A stretch of 64,000 bases of DNA from Camelus dromedarius (GCF_036321535.1 NC_087436.1:27592001-27656000), one strand, 5' to 3'; positions 1-14,200 are shown, counted from the stretch's first letter. Numbers and translations are program-made. Notes: generated by a model from the letters alone, not told the origin.

Positions 1-270
1 TTTTTTTTTATTGAAGTATAGTTAATTTACAGTGTTGTGTTAGTTTCTGGTATACATCATAGTGATTCAATTATACATATATATTCTTTTTTCATATTAT
101 TCACTATTATAAGTTATTACAATGTATTGAATATAGATCCCTGTGCTATACAGTAGGACCTTGTTGATTATCTATTCTGCATATAGTATTTTGTATCAGC
201 TAATCCCAAACTCCCATTTTATTCCCTCCCTGCCCCTTCCCTTTGGTAATCATAAGTTTGTTTTCTGTGA
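1..270 (-). mobile_element. LINE-1 3' UTR/poly(A) end, 5'-truncated
   Basis: Poly(T) followed by ATTGAAGTATAGTTAATTTACAGTGTTGTGTTAGTTTCTGG. This is close to the reverse complement of the L1 3' end at 18310-18368. Confidence 0.9.
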
Positions 271-1071
271 TATCCTTTTAATACAGTGATATAAATGAAC
301 ACCCAAACTTAGTCTAGTCAAATTGTTGTTTAATATTCTTAATTATATTTGTTTATAATGTGTTTCAATAAAGTATAAACAAAAGTAAGGGAAGATAGAT
401 ATTTTTAGAGAAAATAAAAAGACTGGAGAAAGATCTTTGGGTTATGAAACCAACTTTCTAAGCACAGGAGTCCATCAATGTTACCCTCCTCCAGATCACT
501 AGACATGTTACTCAGAGCCGTATCAGCTTACCCTATTTGACAGGAAGTTTGGATTTGAGAAATCTGGGTAAAAATCTAAGGTTAAAAAAAAAAAACAAAA
601 ACTAGTAAAAGTCTAAGAGGACTAATCATAAATGCCATGTAGACTCAAAAACCCCCAAATTTATAACACTTGAGGAACTGAAATGATGTCACAGTCGGAC
701 TTCAGTCACGTTCATAATCCATACTTCTTACTGCGTATCGACACAAGGAAAAAGATTTAGACTCCCTCATAAGTATATAAACTACCGTAGTGTCTGGTCC
801 GAGCCGTTTTGATGATGAAGCCACTGCCTATCAAATATTCTCTCTCTCTAATCAAGTGTACCCCAACACTGGCCTTTTCCTCTTCTCAACTATAAGAATA
901 AAACTTGGGGGGAAATACCCACACTCTTCTGAAAATAAAAATTTTGAAACACACCTATTAATTAGGATTCCTTTCCAAATAAAGAATTTTACAACACCCC
1001 TGAAAACCTGAAAGTGATAACCATTGACTTAAAGCCAGGTGAAAATGGCATCACATGGAAGATTGTATTCC

Positions 1072-2660
1072 CTCATTCATTCATATATTTACAAACATTT
1101 ATTGAATTTTTCCACATGTTAATAAGAATGTAGAAGACGTAAGGATATTATAGGAAGCAGGGTGTGTTTCCTGATCACATACATCTCAGAGCTGACTCAT
1201 AGAAACAGTAGATTGAATTCACTAAGATAGGTCAAGAAAGAAAATGTTAAGGGTTACTTTGGGGAGGAAATAAAATTTCATAAGTGATAATATCTAGGAC
1301 GAAATTTTAAGAAGAAGTAGGAGTAAATCATAGAAAGCATGGGAAGAATAAATCAGGCAGAGGGAGAAGAATGGGCAAAGGACAGCAACCAGAAAGATGA
1401 CAGCACTTAACAGAAGTGATGGAGGTGAGTGTGGAGGAAGTCCAGAGTGTGTAGGGAGAATTACATCATGGAGTTCAGGAGAACAGCAGAGACTGGATCC
1501 AGACAGACCTTCTAGCCCAGGTTAAGTGTGGGAGCCCATGATTGGGTTAACAAATTGTAACAGACACCAGCTGCTTATCTCCTTAAAGAAGAGCAAATGT
1601 GCTTAGTAGGTTTTAGATAGCACTCTGCTCATTGCAAAGTAATGACCAAGGCCGTAGGCTATAAACGATGGGCGTGCCTGCTGTTAGACAGTCTTCTATC
1701 CCCAAAACAGCCTTGGGTTGGAATGCTAAACAAGTTATAAAAAGCTGCAGACTCAGAGGTGAGAAGGCTGGTTAGCCAATGACGGGTAAGATCCCCTGAG
1801 GGGGCAACCTAAGACAGGCACAGCCGCCTGAGTCCAAGAAAAATCTTGTTAAGCAGCTGATTCTTGTATGTTCCGCCCTGATAAGCTGAAAGGCTCAACA
1901 GGAACATGATTTACCAAAACATGAAGGGTCCTCTGACCTTGAGCCAAATACCAACAATAAACAAAGCCTTTGTACTCCTTGTGATCCCGCCCTGTCCTTC
2001 CCTAAATTCCTGCATTCCATCACACAACTGCTAGTGATTCCTCCTTTAATTGTACAGAATAAATATGGGAGCATTTGAGAGGCTAGTGGAGTTAGCTCCT
2101 GCTCCCTCTCGCTCTCTTGACTTCTTCCACAGAGTCTCGGTGGGACTTCAGCTGGCCACAACCCACAGTTAAGTAACTTGTGTTTCATTTTCATAGAAAT
2201 GAGGAGCTACTGGAATATTTAAACAGAGTTTCAACATTATCAGATTTGAGTTTAAAAAAAATCTCTCTGAATATAGTTCCAGTTTGGTGAATTGATAATA
2301 ATAAGAGAAATCTAAATGCTGATACATCAGTTGGGAGGCTCTTTCAATAATCCAGGAGAAAACTTTTTTTGGCCTGTACAAATTTAGTCTTAGCAGCTAG
2401 ACTCATGAGAACAGAGTCACAAAGTACGAAAGATGTAAGACTTAAAGCAATAGTATTTTCAGCTCTTAGAATTGGCATGGACATAGGGAATTAAGAAAAA
2501 ATGATGAGTCCAGGATGGCTCCCACATTTCCGGCTTTGCAATATACTGGATGATTGGCTTTCTTTGAAATAAGGGAAACTGAAGGAATTCAGGATTTATT
2601 TATGTTGAATAGAACCCTTTTCAAATTTTCAAAGTATAAATGTCAAGTAGTCAATGTGGA
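1072..2660 (-). mobile_element. LINE-2 relic, split by the LTR at 1527-2167
   Basis: Starts with CATTCATTCAT...ACATTTATTGA (reverse L2 tail), followed by purine-rich L2-like text on both sides of the LTR. Confidence 0.6.
1527..2167 (+). mobile_element. Solo ERV LTR, 641 bp, probably class II (ERVK/betaretrovirus-like)
   Basis: Inverted termini TGTGGG...CCCACA and a perfect 6-bp TSD GTTAAG (1521-1526, 2168-2173). AATAAA motifs near 1956 and 2058. Confidence 0.85.
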
Positions 2661-2769
2661 ATATATGTAATTAGATGACGGTAACATTTTCTTCTCTATT
2701 CTATCTTGTTCTTACCAGTACAAGTTTTGATTTCAACCCTGGGATTACCACTAAACTAAATTTTCTACC

Positions 2770-3275
2770 CTCCTCTGGTTAAAATGGGCATGTTTTACTA
2801 CTTCTCACATTGAGATATGGAATCTACTCCCCTACCTGTCAAGTAAGGGCTGGCCTTAGTGAGTTGCTTGACAAATAGAAAGTGGTAGAAAGTGGTAGAA
2901 ACTTCTGAGACTGTATTAATCAGGGCCTTGCAACTTCTCTTTAGCCCCATGAAACATTTTTCCTGGAAGTCGGCCACCATCCTCTGAGGAATCCCAAGAA
3001 GCATCCTTGAAAGGACCAACAGGAGATGAAATGGAGTCCCTGTCCGACAGTGCAGCTGCCCTACCAGGAGACCATCAGTACCAATTTACCAGCTGCTGGG
3101 TGAGCTATCATGGAGGTGGATTCCCCTGTATCAGCTGATACTGTGTGGAGAACAACTAGAAAGACAGATTGTCCCTGTCCAAATTTTTGACACACAAAAT
3201 TATGAGGAAAACAAAATTATTTCTAATCACTAATTTTGGGGGTAGTTTGTTGCAAGTAATAGATAACAAGACCAC
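2770..3275 (+). mobile_element. MaLR LTR (MLT1-type)
   Basis: GGGCTGGCCTTAGTGAGTTGCTTGACAAATAGAA near the start and an MLT1-type end (TTTTGGGGGTAGTTTGTTGCAAGTAATAGATAAC). Confidence 0.65.
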
Positions 3276-3277
3276 CT

Positions 3278-3590
3278 CTGCAGTTAGCTGTGAATGTGTG
3301 GCTAAGTTTTGGTCAATGGTGTTGACATTGCTACTTCCATGATTGGATCACAGAATGTAAATCTCTCAGCCATCACTATCACTGCACCTCTTCATCCATT
3401 AGCTTAGGAGAGAGGACTTTGAAGAGGAATAAGACAGAATAAGCCTGAATTCTACATAACTGCATTGGGCAGAACCCCTCAACCAACTAACCCATATTGG
3501 ACTTTGACATGAGAAAACTAAAAAAAATTTTTTTTTCATGCTGTTATACTACTTAAGGTTTGGAAATAAATTGTTTCAGCACTATTCTGA
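3278..3590 (+). mobile_element. Older MaLR LTR fragment (MLT1J/K-like)
   Basis: TGTGGCTAAGTTTTGGTCAATGG and GGACTTTGACATGAGAAAA motifs typical of old MLT1. Confidence 0.4.
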
Positions 3591-6080
3591 AATATATAGA
3601 AATTATATTTAAATGAAATTATGTAACTCCAAAACAGAAGAAAAGAAGGAAGGTAGTGAAGTAAAGAACAGAAAGAAAAAACAGGAGGAAAGAAGGAAAG
3701 AAAGAGAATGAAGGAAGAGTGATTGGATTAACATTTGATAGCAGAAAGCAAAGAAATAGATAAATTCCTTTATTTCATAGTTCAATATTTGACAACACTG
3801 CTCCATAAGAACTTTAAGGGGATTAAAAAGAGTCAGATAATTGTAATAATTGCTTACTATTAGACATATAAAATATGATATAATAAGAAAGAGAGAAGTT
3901 TGGACAAAAATTGGCTGGTTTGCAAATAGAAATGAAACGCTGTGATAAGATTTAAGAAAATGGTGGTCTTTAAGGGTACGGACATATATATTTGAAAAAT
4001 CAGAAATTATTTTTTTACTGAGACCATGGAAGTTCCTGAAATCATCCAGAAACAGTATGCTGAGAAAGATAAGAAGTTCTGGATGGGGAGGTAGTGATGT
4101 CCCAGAAAGCCCTAAACTTTGATCCTGTAGCAATTGTATATCTAGAAGCTGTAGCCAGTTTTGGCCTGAGTTGAGTAACTTCAGCTTAGTGAATGTTGCA
4201 GCATTAATTTAGCATCATATGTGTTTGTAGCATTAGGAGAATTCTCAAAATAATTCAGTTAGATGCAGTGTTGTCTGATGCCAACTGAAATAGTTCTTGG
4301 GAAGCACCACTCTTAAATGCCACTCTTTAAGAATGTATTTTGTGTGACTTCCACTGACTTTTCTGGCCAGAACCCTAAACCATTCTGTCTAGAAACAAAA
4401 TCCATCTTTTCCTACTAGGAACAGCCTTCTCCCCTTCCCTCCATCCTTCCTTGAATGACCAGTCATTCCCCATCAGAAATGGTGACTGGATAAGAATACC
4501 TTTTCCTGAGAGACAGTTGTCGGTCCAGGACAAAGTACTGGAATTGACATATATCCTAAGACAGGTCATCTCTCTCATTCTACAATTACCACCAGCCATC
4601 CCTAAGAGCTTTCTAAGAGCATCCTTAAGAGCATTTAACACTTCTTTTCTATCGAACCTATCATCAGCTGAAACAGTGCATAAATTTACCCACTTATTTA
4701 TCGATTGTTGTTTGTTGTTCTTTGCTATAATTTAAGCTCATCTCTAGATAAGATACACCTGATACTCCTTAAGAACATTCTCTTCTGTGTAGAGAATCCC
4801 CACCCCCCACAAATATTTTATCACCACATGAGATGCTACATATTCTACATATTCATTTATAATTTCCCTGGAATTAAGCTCCTTTTGGGCATGCATTTTT
4901 GTCTTTCTAGTCACTTCCTAATCCTCAGTGCCTATCAGAGTGCTGCCACCTCACACAGTCCAAGGGTCAACACAGCCTTCTTATTCTGTGCATGAAAGTG
5001 TCTGGCATGGAACAATTGCTCATCTTAGTCACCAGGTGCAGAAAAGCTACCTCAAAACAAAGCCAACACATTCGTTGCAAAAACTGTTATGAGAGACAGA
5101 ATGAATTAGAGGTGTTTCCAGAAACAAGGGGGAGAGGAGAACCCTTGCAATTTCATGCTGTCCACTTAAAGATGCAAGAACAATTGACTTTTTTTGGCTT
5201 AAGTTAGTCATGAGTTTGGGTCATTCACACCTGAAGGAATCATGATCATTAGAAAAATGATGAAGCATTGGAGGTATTGTAAGTCAAAATTCCGAAACTG
5301 TAAGATTCATTAAATCAAGGTGGGAACACATGTAGGGATTATAATCCAATCCTTAGCTTGGAGCCCATCAGCCTGTATTTTAAAGTGGCGAAATACTTTG
5401 TTAAGAGGACTAATTTTCTATTTAGGGATTTAGACAATGAGCATATTGAGACTGGAATTAAAGGTGAATTGATAGAAATTTTAAGGCTGTTGGATTTTGT
5501 TGGCTCCCTCTTGTGGCCATCCTATAAACATGTTGCCAGTCTCAATACAAAAAGTGCAGCCTTCCTAGGCAAGGAAGGGAACAGCACACCTGAAAGTCAT
5601 CATCAGATAATCATGGAGCCTGATACTCTGTAAAAGCCACATTCTCCACTCAAATACAATCCTAGCCCAGGAGAGGCAGGGAGGTAGGAGATCTAGCTAA
5701 AGAAACTAGACCACCAAGCCATCCCTGACAAAGTTGATAACCCCTAGGGAAGCAGCTTGGGGCAGCAGGATGTTCCACACCATCATAGCCCACACTATTC
5801 TTCGCCTAGGCAGTAGATGCATAAAAGAGACTACCAAGTCCTGAAGCCCACTGCCCAGACCCACAACCTTTAAGTGCAAGGTCTACTTTCAAGAGCCATG
5901 ATATAAAATAAACATTTGGAGCTCCTAATTCAAAGAAATGCTAGTTGACCACAGCTCAGCTTGCAGGAGATATACTGTCAGCCAGACAACTAAACTAATT
6001 TATTAAGGTCAACATTTGCAAGTATCTGAGGCAATTCACAGGCTAAAGAAAACCCTCTTCAAGAACCATCAAACAATTGG

Positions 6081-6807
6081 TGTTAGAAAAAATAATTTCC
6101 CAGAAGCAAAGCTGAGAGCAGATAGATTGCCTTAGCAATTAACTCACTGTGTTAGAGCAGGCAGATAGCTAGATATGAGCAGAGAAAGGAGGCCACAGAC
6201 CAAATGACAGGAATTGGGCAGAAAGGAGGGGCAAGGGCCAAATACAGAAAACAATACATTAACTAAGCACCAGAGGTCCTTAGGCAAAGAAAAGCAGGAA
6301 CCTCTGGGCTCATAAGTGGTCACAGCTTTTGGGGTAATGAGGGCCTGGAGGCTGACAAAGAAAGGTGAGAAAAGGCAGGTATCTGCAGTGCCCAAATGTA
6401 ACCTTTTGTTCATTATGTCCTTATTACAATAAAACTAGCCTTGCAGATTAGAAGTATCCATCATGCACCGATGCCATGACACTTCTGATCCAGACTAAAT
6501 AAGGACAAAAGTCCCTCCTTCCCTCAGGAAGGTGGAATTGGGATGAAAAATCAAGGAATACAACCCCAAACCCTTCCCTCCGCCAGTGACTATTCCACCC
6601 ATTCATTTTTACACTCTATGTAACCAACTTGCAAAAAAAAAAAAACCCAGGGTTGCTGCTCACCTAAGCCTGCCCACTCTCCCCTTGAGAGTGTACTATC
6701 TAAGGCTTAATAAACCCTCACTTACTTTCTTAACCTCTGCATCTCTTTTATGAATTCTTTCTGGGAAGGGGCAGGAACCTAGATACCGATTACATCTATT
6801 GGCAACA
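6081..6807 (+). mobile_element. Solo ERV LTR (ERV1-like)
   Basis: TGTT...AACA termini. R/U5 text GAGTGTACT...AATAAA(~6709)...GAATTCTTTCT. Flanks ATTGG/ATTGC are an imperfect TSD. Confidence 0.8.
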
Positions 6808-7163
6808 ATTGCACTATCATACATAGGATTACTTGATTTTTTTTCTCTTTTTATGCAAATGGAGTATGTTGATTTTATTTCTCTATGAAAATTGATTTGG
6901 TAATTTTCAAGTAATTATATCCCGTATACCATTATAGGATATTGTTGATGGTCATATAATTTACCACTTAGGGTAAGTAGCAGAATAGCAAGGAGCTATA
7001 TTGATGACTGACCATTTCCTGGAACAAGTACTTATTGAGGGAAAGTTTTTTTCCGGTTAAATTATCATAATGGGCCTTATTGTGGAGACAGGAGTAGCTA
7101 CTATGGCAGACAGCTTCTTAGTACTGTACAAAAATCACTAAATGTCTCACTGTGCAGAAAGGC

Positions 7164-8340
7164 CATTCATTCACTCATTTATTCAATGAATTTTCTTTGA
7201 GCTACTATAATAGGTTATGTGTGTTCTTGGGAATATAGTAGTTGAAGAAATGTGTTTTCCCTCATAGAGTCACATGCCACCAGAACTGGAAGAACACACA
7301 ACAGAAACTAAGATAATTTTGAATGATGGTAACTGTTATATTAGGAAAGAGAAAGACTGGCGGGAAACCCTGTTTTTGAAAAGCTTTTTAAGAGCAGGGT
7401 TTTCTGAGGAAATGGCCTTTGAGCCAAAGCCAAGAATGTTATGAAGGAATGAATGGAATGTCAAGAATGAGCAATCCTTGGGAAGATTCAAAGAGAGAAT
7501 TTAAGGGCCAAGAAAACAGCTAACATAAAGCTCTTAACTGAAGAATAAGTTTGGAATTTGCAAAGGACACCACAGAGTTTCGTGTGGATTTTATCTAGTT
7601 AATGGGGAAGAGGGACAATTGTAGGGAATGAAGTGGAAAGACGTCAGCATCTGATCATGCAATGCCTTGTGGACCACTGGAAGGGGTCAAGATTTTATTT
7701 TAAATATAAACATGCATCCATTGAAATGTCATAAGGAAGGGCATATTGTTTTCCAAATTTTGTTTTTAAATATACCTTTAGCCACTCTGTGAAGAAAAAA
7801 ATATAAACAGGTAAGCGAGGATACAGAAGAAACAATAAAGAGTTCATCATGGTAGCACAGGCAGATGTTGGTGACTTGACTAGATGTGATAATGTTGAAG
7901 CTGGTGTGATATATTGTGTCAGAGAAATAAAATATATCCCAATATCTTGTATAAGTGATTGCGAGAGAGTTACTGGGAAAAGGAAAGAACATTGGGGTGG
8001 GACAGCATTTGGTACAGCTGTGACTGTGAGCTCTGTTTTCTACATGTTGGCTTTTAGATGTTTTAGATATCTAAGTAGGGTTGCTGAGTAGGCAGTCAGA
8101 TACAAAGTACGAGCTCAGAAGAAAGGATAAAGCCATGATAGAAAACTCAGTCATCATTATAAAATATTTGAATCACCGGATTGCCTACAGAAGGAGTAAA
8201 GTTAGAGAAAAGATATGAATGTTGAAAATCAAGCTGATATATGGATTATTTTGAGGAAAGAAGATTACTAACTAGATTTGGCAAGATGGAGGTTATCACA
8301 GACCTTAGAAAAAGCAATTTCAATGATAGGAAGAAAGACA
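7164..8340 (-). mobile_element. LINE-2 relic
   Basis: CATTCATTCACTCATTTATTCAA tail, then typical reverse L2 body (e.g. GGAGGTTATCACAGACCTTAGAAAAAGCAATTTCA). Confidence 0.7.
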
Positions 8341-8567
8341 TTTAAGGAAACTTAAATTTAAGAGCTCAGAATTGATTTAATAAAAGGGCTTCAAGAATAC
8401 TGAATTATAATGGAAAATGATACATTTGTGTATAATGTTTTCCTTTTAAATAAAAAATGATGCATTAGTTTCTGTAGATATAACAAGGTATAATCACAAT
8501 GCTTTAACTCTTTCATTCTTTAATATGCATATGCAAATTGCTGGTCATAGGTATAAAATTAAGTGGT

Positions 8568-9529
8568 GCTCACACAACTTAATAATAAAAAAACAAACAA
8601 CCCAATCCAAAAACGAGCAGAAGACCTAAACAAACAATTCTCCAATACAGACATACAAATGGCCAATAGGCACATGAAAAAATGCTCAATATCACTACTT
8701 ATCAGAGAAATGCAGATCAAACAAGGTATCACCTCACACTAGTTAGAATGGCCATCATTCTAAAGTTCACAAACAATAAATGCTGGAGAGGCTGTGGAGA
8801 AAGGGGAATCCTTCTACACTGTTGGGGGGAATGTAGTTTGGTGCAGTCATTATGGAAAACAATATGGAGACTCCTCAAAAGACTAAAAATAGACTTACCA
8901 TATGATCCAGCAATCCCACTCCTGGGCATGTATCCAGAGGGAACCTTAATTCAAAAAGATACCTGCACCCCAATGTTCACAGCAGACCTATTTACCATAG
9001 GCAAGACATGGAAACAACCTAAATGTCCATTGACAGATGACTGGATAAAGAAGCTGTGGTCTATTCATACAATGGAATACTGCTCAGCCACAAAAACATA
9101 ATAATGCTATTTGCAGCAACATGGATGGACCTTCAGATTGTCATTCTAAGAGAAGTAAGTCAGAAAGAGAAAAAAAAAAACCATATTATATCACTTATAT
9201 GTGGAATCTAAAAAAACAAAAGAAAAAGGAACTTATTTATAAAACAGAAACAGACTCACAGATATTGAAAATAAACTTATGGATACTAGAGAAGGAAGGA
9301 GGTGAAAAAGGATAAATTGGGAGTTTGAGATTTGCAGATACATATAATAAATAAACAACAAGTTCATTCTGATTAGCACAGGGAACTATATTCAATACGT
9401 TGTTTTCATCTACGGTGAAAACAAATATGAAAAGAAATATGTGTGTATATATATGACTGAAGTATTATGCTTTACACCAGAAATTGACACAACATTGTAA
9501 ACTGACTATACCTTAATTAAAAAAAAAAA
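8568..9529 (+). mobile_element. LINE-1, 5'-truncated (ORF2 C-terminus, 3' UTR, poly(A)); disrupted
   Basis: ORF 8682-9101 encodes [12 protein letters not shown]...CWRGCGE...LHCWGEC...[10 protein letters not shown]...CTPMF...WKQPKCP, the ORF2p cysteine-rich C-terminus. A-tail at ~9519-9529. Confidence 0.95.
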
Positions 9530-11255
9530 TAGCCCAAGGCAATCTACAGATTTAACGTAATCCCTATCAAATTCCTGAGGACATATTCCACAGAACTAAA
9601 ACAAATCATAATAAAATTTATTTGGAACCACAAAAGACCTAGAATTGCCAAAATATTACTGAAGAAAAAGAGAGGCTGGAGGAATAACTCTCCTAGACTT
9701 CAGACAATATTATAGAGCTACAGTAACCAAAACAGCATGGTATTGGTACAAAAACAGACATATGGACCAACGGAACAGAATAGAGAGCCCAGAAATGAAC
9801 CCACAAACTTTTGGTCAACTAATCTTCGACAAAGGAGGCAAGAATATACAATGGAATAAAGACAGTGTCTTCAGCAAATGCTGTTGGGAAAACTGGATAG
9901 CAGCATGTAAATAATGAAGTTAGAACACTCCCTTACATCATACAAAAAAAAAAAAAAACTCAAAATGGATCAAAGACTTAAACATAAGATATAATAAACC
10001 TCCTAGAAGAAAATATAGGCAAAACATTATCTCACATACATCTCAGAAATGTTCTCCTAGGGCAGTCTACCCAAGCAATAGAAATAAAAACAAGAATAAA
10101 CAAATGGGACGTAATTAAATTTACAAGCTTCTATGCAGCAAAGGAAACCATAAGTTAAACAAAACAACAATCTATGGAATGGGATAAAAATTTTGCAAAT
10201 GATGAAACAGACAAAGGCTTGATCTCCAGAATATATAAGCAGCTCATATGACTTAATAAGAAAAAAACAAACAACCCAATTCAAAAATGGGCCAAAGACC
10301 TAAGCAAGCAATTCTCCAAGGAAGAAGTACAATTGATCGATAGGCACATGAAAAAATGTTCAATATCACTAATTATCAGAGAAATGCAAATCAAAAATAC
10401 AACAAGGTATCACCTCACACCAGTCAGAATGGCCATCATTCAAAAGTTCACAAATGACAAATGCTGGAGAGGCTGTGGAGAAAAGGAAACCCTCCTTCAC
10501 TGCTGGTGGGAATGCAGTTTGGTGCAGCCACTGTGGAAAATAGTATGGAGATTCCTCAAAAGACTAGGAATAGACTTACCATATGACCTGGGAATCCTGC
10601 TCCTGGGCATATATCCAGAAGGAACCCTACTTCAAAAAGACACCTGCACCCCAATGTTCATAGCAGCACTATTTACAATAGTCAAGACATAGAAACAGCC
10701 TAAATATCCATCAACAGATGACTGGATAAAGAAGATGTGCTATATTTATACAATGGAATACTATTCAGCCATAAAAACCAACAACATAATGCCATTTGTA
10801 GCAACATGGATATTCCTGGAGAATGTCATTCTAAGTGAAGTAAGCCAGAAAGATTAAGAAAAATACATATGAGATCGCTCATATGTGGAATCTAAAAAAG
10901 AAAAAGAACATAAATACAAAACAGTAACAGACTTGCAGACATAGAATACAAACTTGTGGTTGCCAAGGCAGAAGAGGGTGGGAAGGCATAGACTAGGAGT
11001 TCAAAATTTGTAGATACTGACAGGCATATGTTGAATAGATTAACAAGATTATAGTGTATAGCACAGGGAAATACATTCAAGATATTGTGGTAGCTCACAG
11101 CAAAAAAAAAAAGTGACAATGAATATATGTATGTTCATCTATAACTGAAAAATTGTGCCCTACACTGGAATTTGACAACAGCATTCTAAAATGACTATAA
11201 TAAAAAAGTTTGAAAAAAATAATACGATAAGAAATATATATATAAAACTAAAAAC
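9530..11255 (+). mobile_element. LINE-1, 5'-truncated, different 3' UTR subfamily; ORF2 disrupted
   Basis: ORF2 text from CCCAAGGCAATCTACAGATTT. ORF 10333-10692 matches the ORF2p C-terminus. Its 3' UTR differs from those at 9200-9529 and 18030-18368. A-rich tail at ~11200-11255. Confidence 0.95.
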
Positions 11256-14200
11256 AAAATTAAATGGCCACTGTGTGATAGGCCTTTATGTATTTATTGT
11301 ATTTATCTGTGCATGCTTAAAATTAAGAAACTATTGATTTATTAAAGTCTTTTAAATAAAGTTGGGTAATTATAGCATGTGTCTGTGTATGAATGTCTTG
11401 GAGAGAGACAAGAAACTACAAATATTTATGTCTCACTCTTTGCACTCACAGCTCAAATATTATCCTTAAAACATCACATATAATTTCCCATTAAAACCTT
11501 TTCAGTTTTGTATTACAATGAGCTCAGATATTGGAACTGTAGCCTATCAATTAATATATGTATAATGTTTATTCCAGGAATCTATAAATTATATAAAAAT
11601 TTGAATGTGACACTTAAAAGTTAGATAAGTTTATATTTTTTCAATTTACACTATGAATTAAAGGGTTAAATTTACATAGACACCAAATTGAGTAACTTCA
11701 ATTTTCCAATTCACATTACAGTGGGGAAATAGGCTTATTGATATTTCCTTAAATGCAGCAATGGAGAGATGACCAATACTTTATTACTGACAAATAATGT
11801 CTTATATATGCAAAGTAAATTTTCTTTTCACGTTTTACCCAAGCAGGTATTTCAAAATTATAAGTGAATATGGACATTTTATTTCTGGTACTCAATATGC
11901 TTTCTCTGAAATGCTTTTTTCCTTGTCACCTCTGAAAAGGCAATCTTCTACCATTTACTTTTTTCCAGCTTTTTTTTTTTTCATAAATCAGCAAAAGGGA
12001 GGAAAATGTGGGATATGAAATGACTCTAGTTGATTTATAATTCTGGGAAAAAAATAAATGAACTGATTTTAAGGCTTACAATTTCCCATATTAGTTTTTG
12101 ATAGATGAGGTACTGTGTAAGCTTTCCAAAGCATGTGTGCCAATCAAACTCACTCCTGACCTACAACACATTTTGCCAGGGCCCAGACTGCCCATCATCT
12201 TAAACTGCTGCAAATACAGCGTGGTCTCTCCCTTGTATTACAATTATTTTGAATGTTGTCTCTATGCATTATTTCATATTTTTATTATTTGCTATTTAAC
12301 ATCAGTGGACACTTGAAGACTGAATACTACCAAATATTATATTTTCTCTGTGGAAAGGTGAAAATGTTAAATTATTCATTTCCTGTCGAATGCCTATTCC
12401 AGCTATTTTTAGAAACATAAGAGAATAATTAAATTCCAACACAGCCAAGCATTTAGTGGAGTAGATGCAACAGGTCAAAATGTCATAAGTGCCCTCTAGT
12501 CCACTATTTCTGACATGCTATTTTCACTCTCACAGGGGTCTCTTGGTTCTGTCACTATGTAAAGTACAGCTACAAGTAACTGGACAGTTTATTTTCCTGA
12601 AGATTTATTTGCCATTAGTTGAGCCTTTATGAGAGAATAAACTGATGTCACATTTGTGACAGGAAGAAAGTGACTGGTCATTGTTATGGATTACTTAATA
12701 ATAATTGGTAAGTAGAAAACAAATACAAATGATTGAAATTGTAATTTGTGTCTACACATGACATATAAATGTTCCTTGAGGTAATCTTATGAACCTCTTG
12801 TGAAATACATTAATCATATTTTCCTATAGCTCATTTGTAAGAGTCTCCAATGTGATTTAAAAAAAAAGTGTGGCTTGTGTTTTCTGAGCCAAGAAGAATT
12901 AATATTTTATTCTTACTCTTTTATGAGGAAAGAAAATAATTAAACAATATTTCCTCTGCAAAATTACAAGAGTTCTGTGTGCTATGAAGCACATTAGATT
13001 GAAATGATATTTCTACATTAAATGGGTATCCAAAAAGTCAAACAAAAATACACAGTATTTTATCAAAAGCAATTAATCTTTTTCATCCAGAGTATGACAT
13101 TTCACTATGTAATTGCACAGGAAATTAAAACTCTTTTCATAGATTTAATAATGGATGAGATACGGGTTTCGAAATAATTGTTTTTATTGCGCTTTGTCAT
13201 CCTAAGGCATGATATGCAAGCTGTGACTCGCAACTTGCACCTCTGTCAGCTCCAAGATGAATCACAGAAAAACAATAAGGGGCTTCATTTGGAGCCCACC
13301 AGGACATGAGCCGGCGCCAAAAATTCAAGCAAATGTCTAACACTTTCATTTTTACTTTCAAATAAATTTCTCTGCCTGGCATACTGTGCTAAGCCACTCT
13401 AACGCTACACATAAGTTTCCACGTTGACCCTCCTTCATAAACATGTATATAGCACGTATGACGGTTGTCACTTTCTACAAACATTTCTATGCTTTGGGTG
13501 TTTAAATATACCTAAAATTTTGGATTTCAATGTTGCCATGATGAAATATAAAGCGAAATTTAAAATTTTATTAAATAGTAAAATGGTGCTTTTATAAATG
13601 AGTACAGGTGTCAAAGATTTAAACATTACATATTTTAAAGGCTAAATTTTATAGACATATGTAACATACATGTATGCATAATTTGAACAACATGGAATCA
13701 GTGCTTCTTATTCGTCTTGGGATAACTATGTTTTCTTTCTCATCCTAACTACTTTGTAGTTATAAATCTGTTATATGGGAATATTTATGAACTGGGGAGA
13801 AAGAACGGCAGTTCCATTTTGAGAAAAAAATAAAAATTTAGCAAAACGGTGAGAGAGGACAGCAGTATTTGGTTTCAAAGCTGAATACTCAGTTTAAACT
13901 CACATATTGTGCTAGTAAGGAAATAAAGATTGCTTTTAAATTCACCTTGGTTAAAATACTATAGTGTTTGAGATCAAAAGATGAATAAAATCATGTATTC
14001 CAACTGCTATAGTTCTTTTGTATGTTTTAGCTGTTCAATTAATACTTCTGAATCAAATTAAAGTTGGAATAATTTTCTCTTAGAAAATTAGTGTATTTTC
14101 TAACAAACATATTGGCATACATACTTAATTTGGAAACTTCTCAGGTACATGGTGGAAGCTGATAAAAGAAATTTTCTCTGGAGTATATCTGGACAGAAAA

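Noticed and set aside
3609..4133. 174-aa hydrophobic ORF, and similar ORFs at 14385-14642, 42420-43052 and 51656-52077
   Set aside because: Artefacts of T-rich or purine-rich low-complexity and old repeat sequence.
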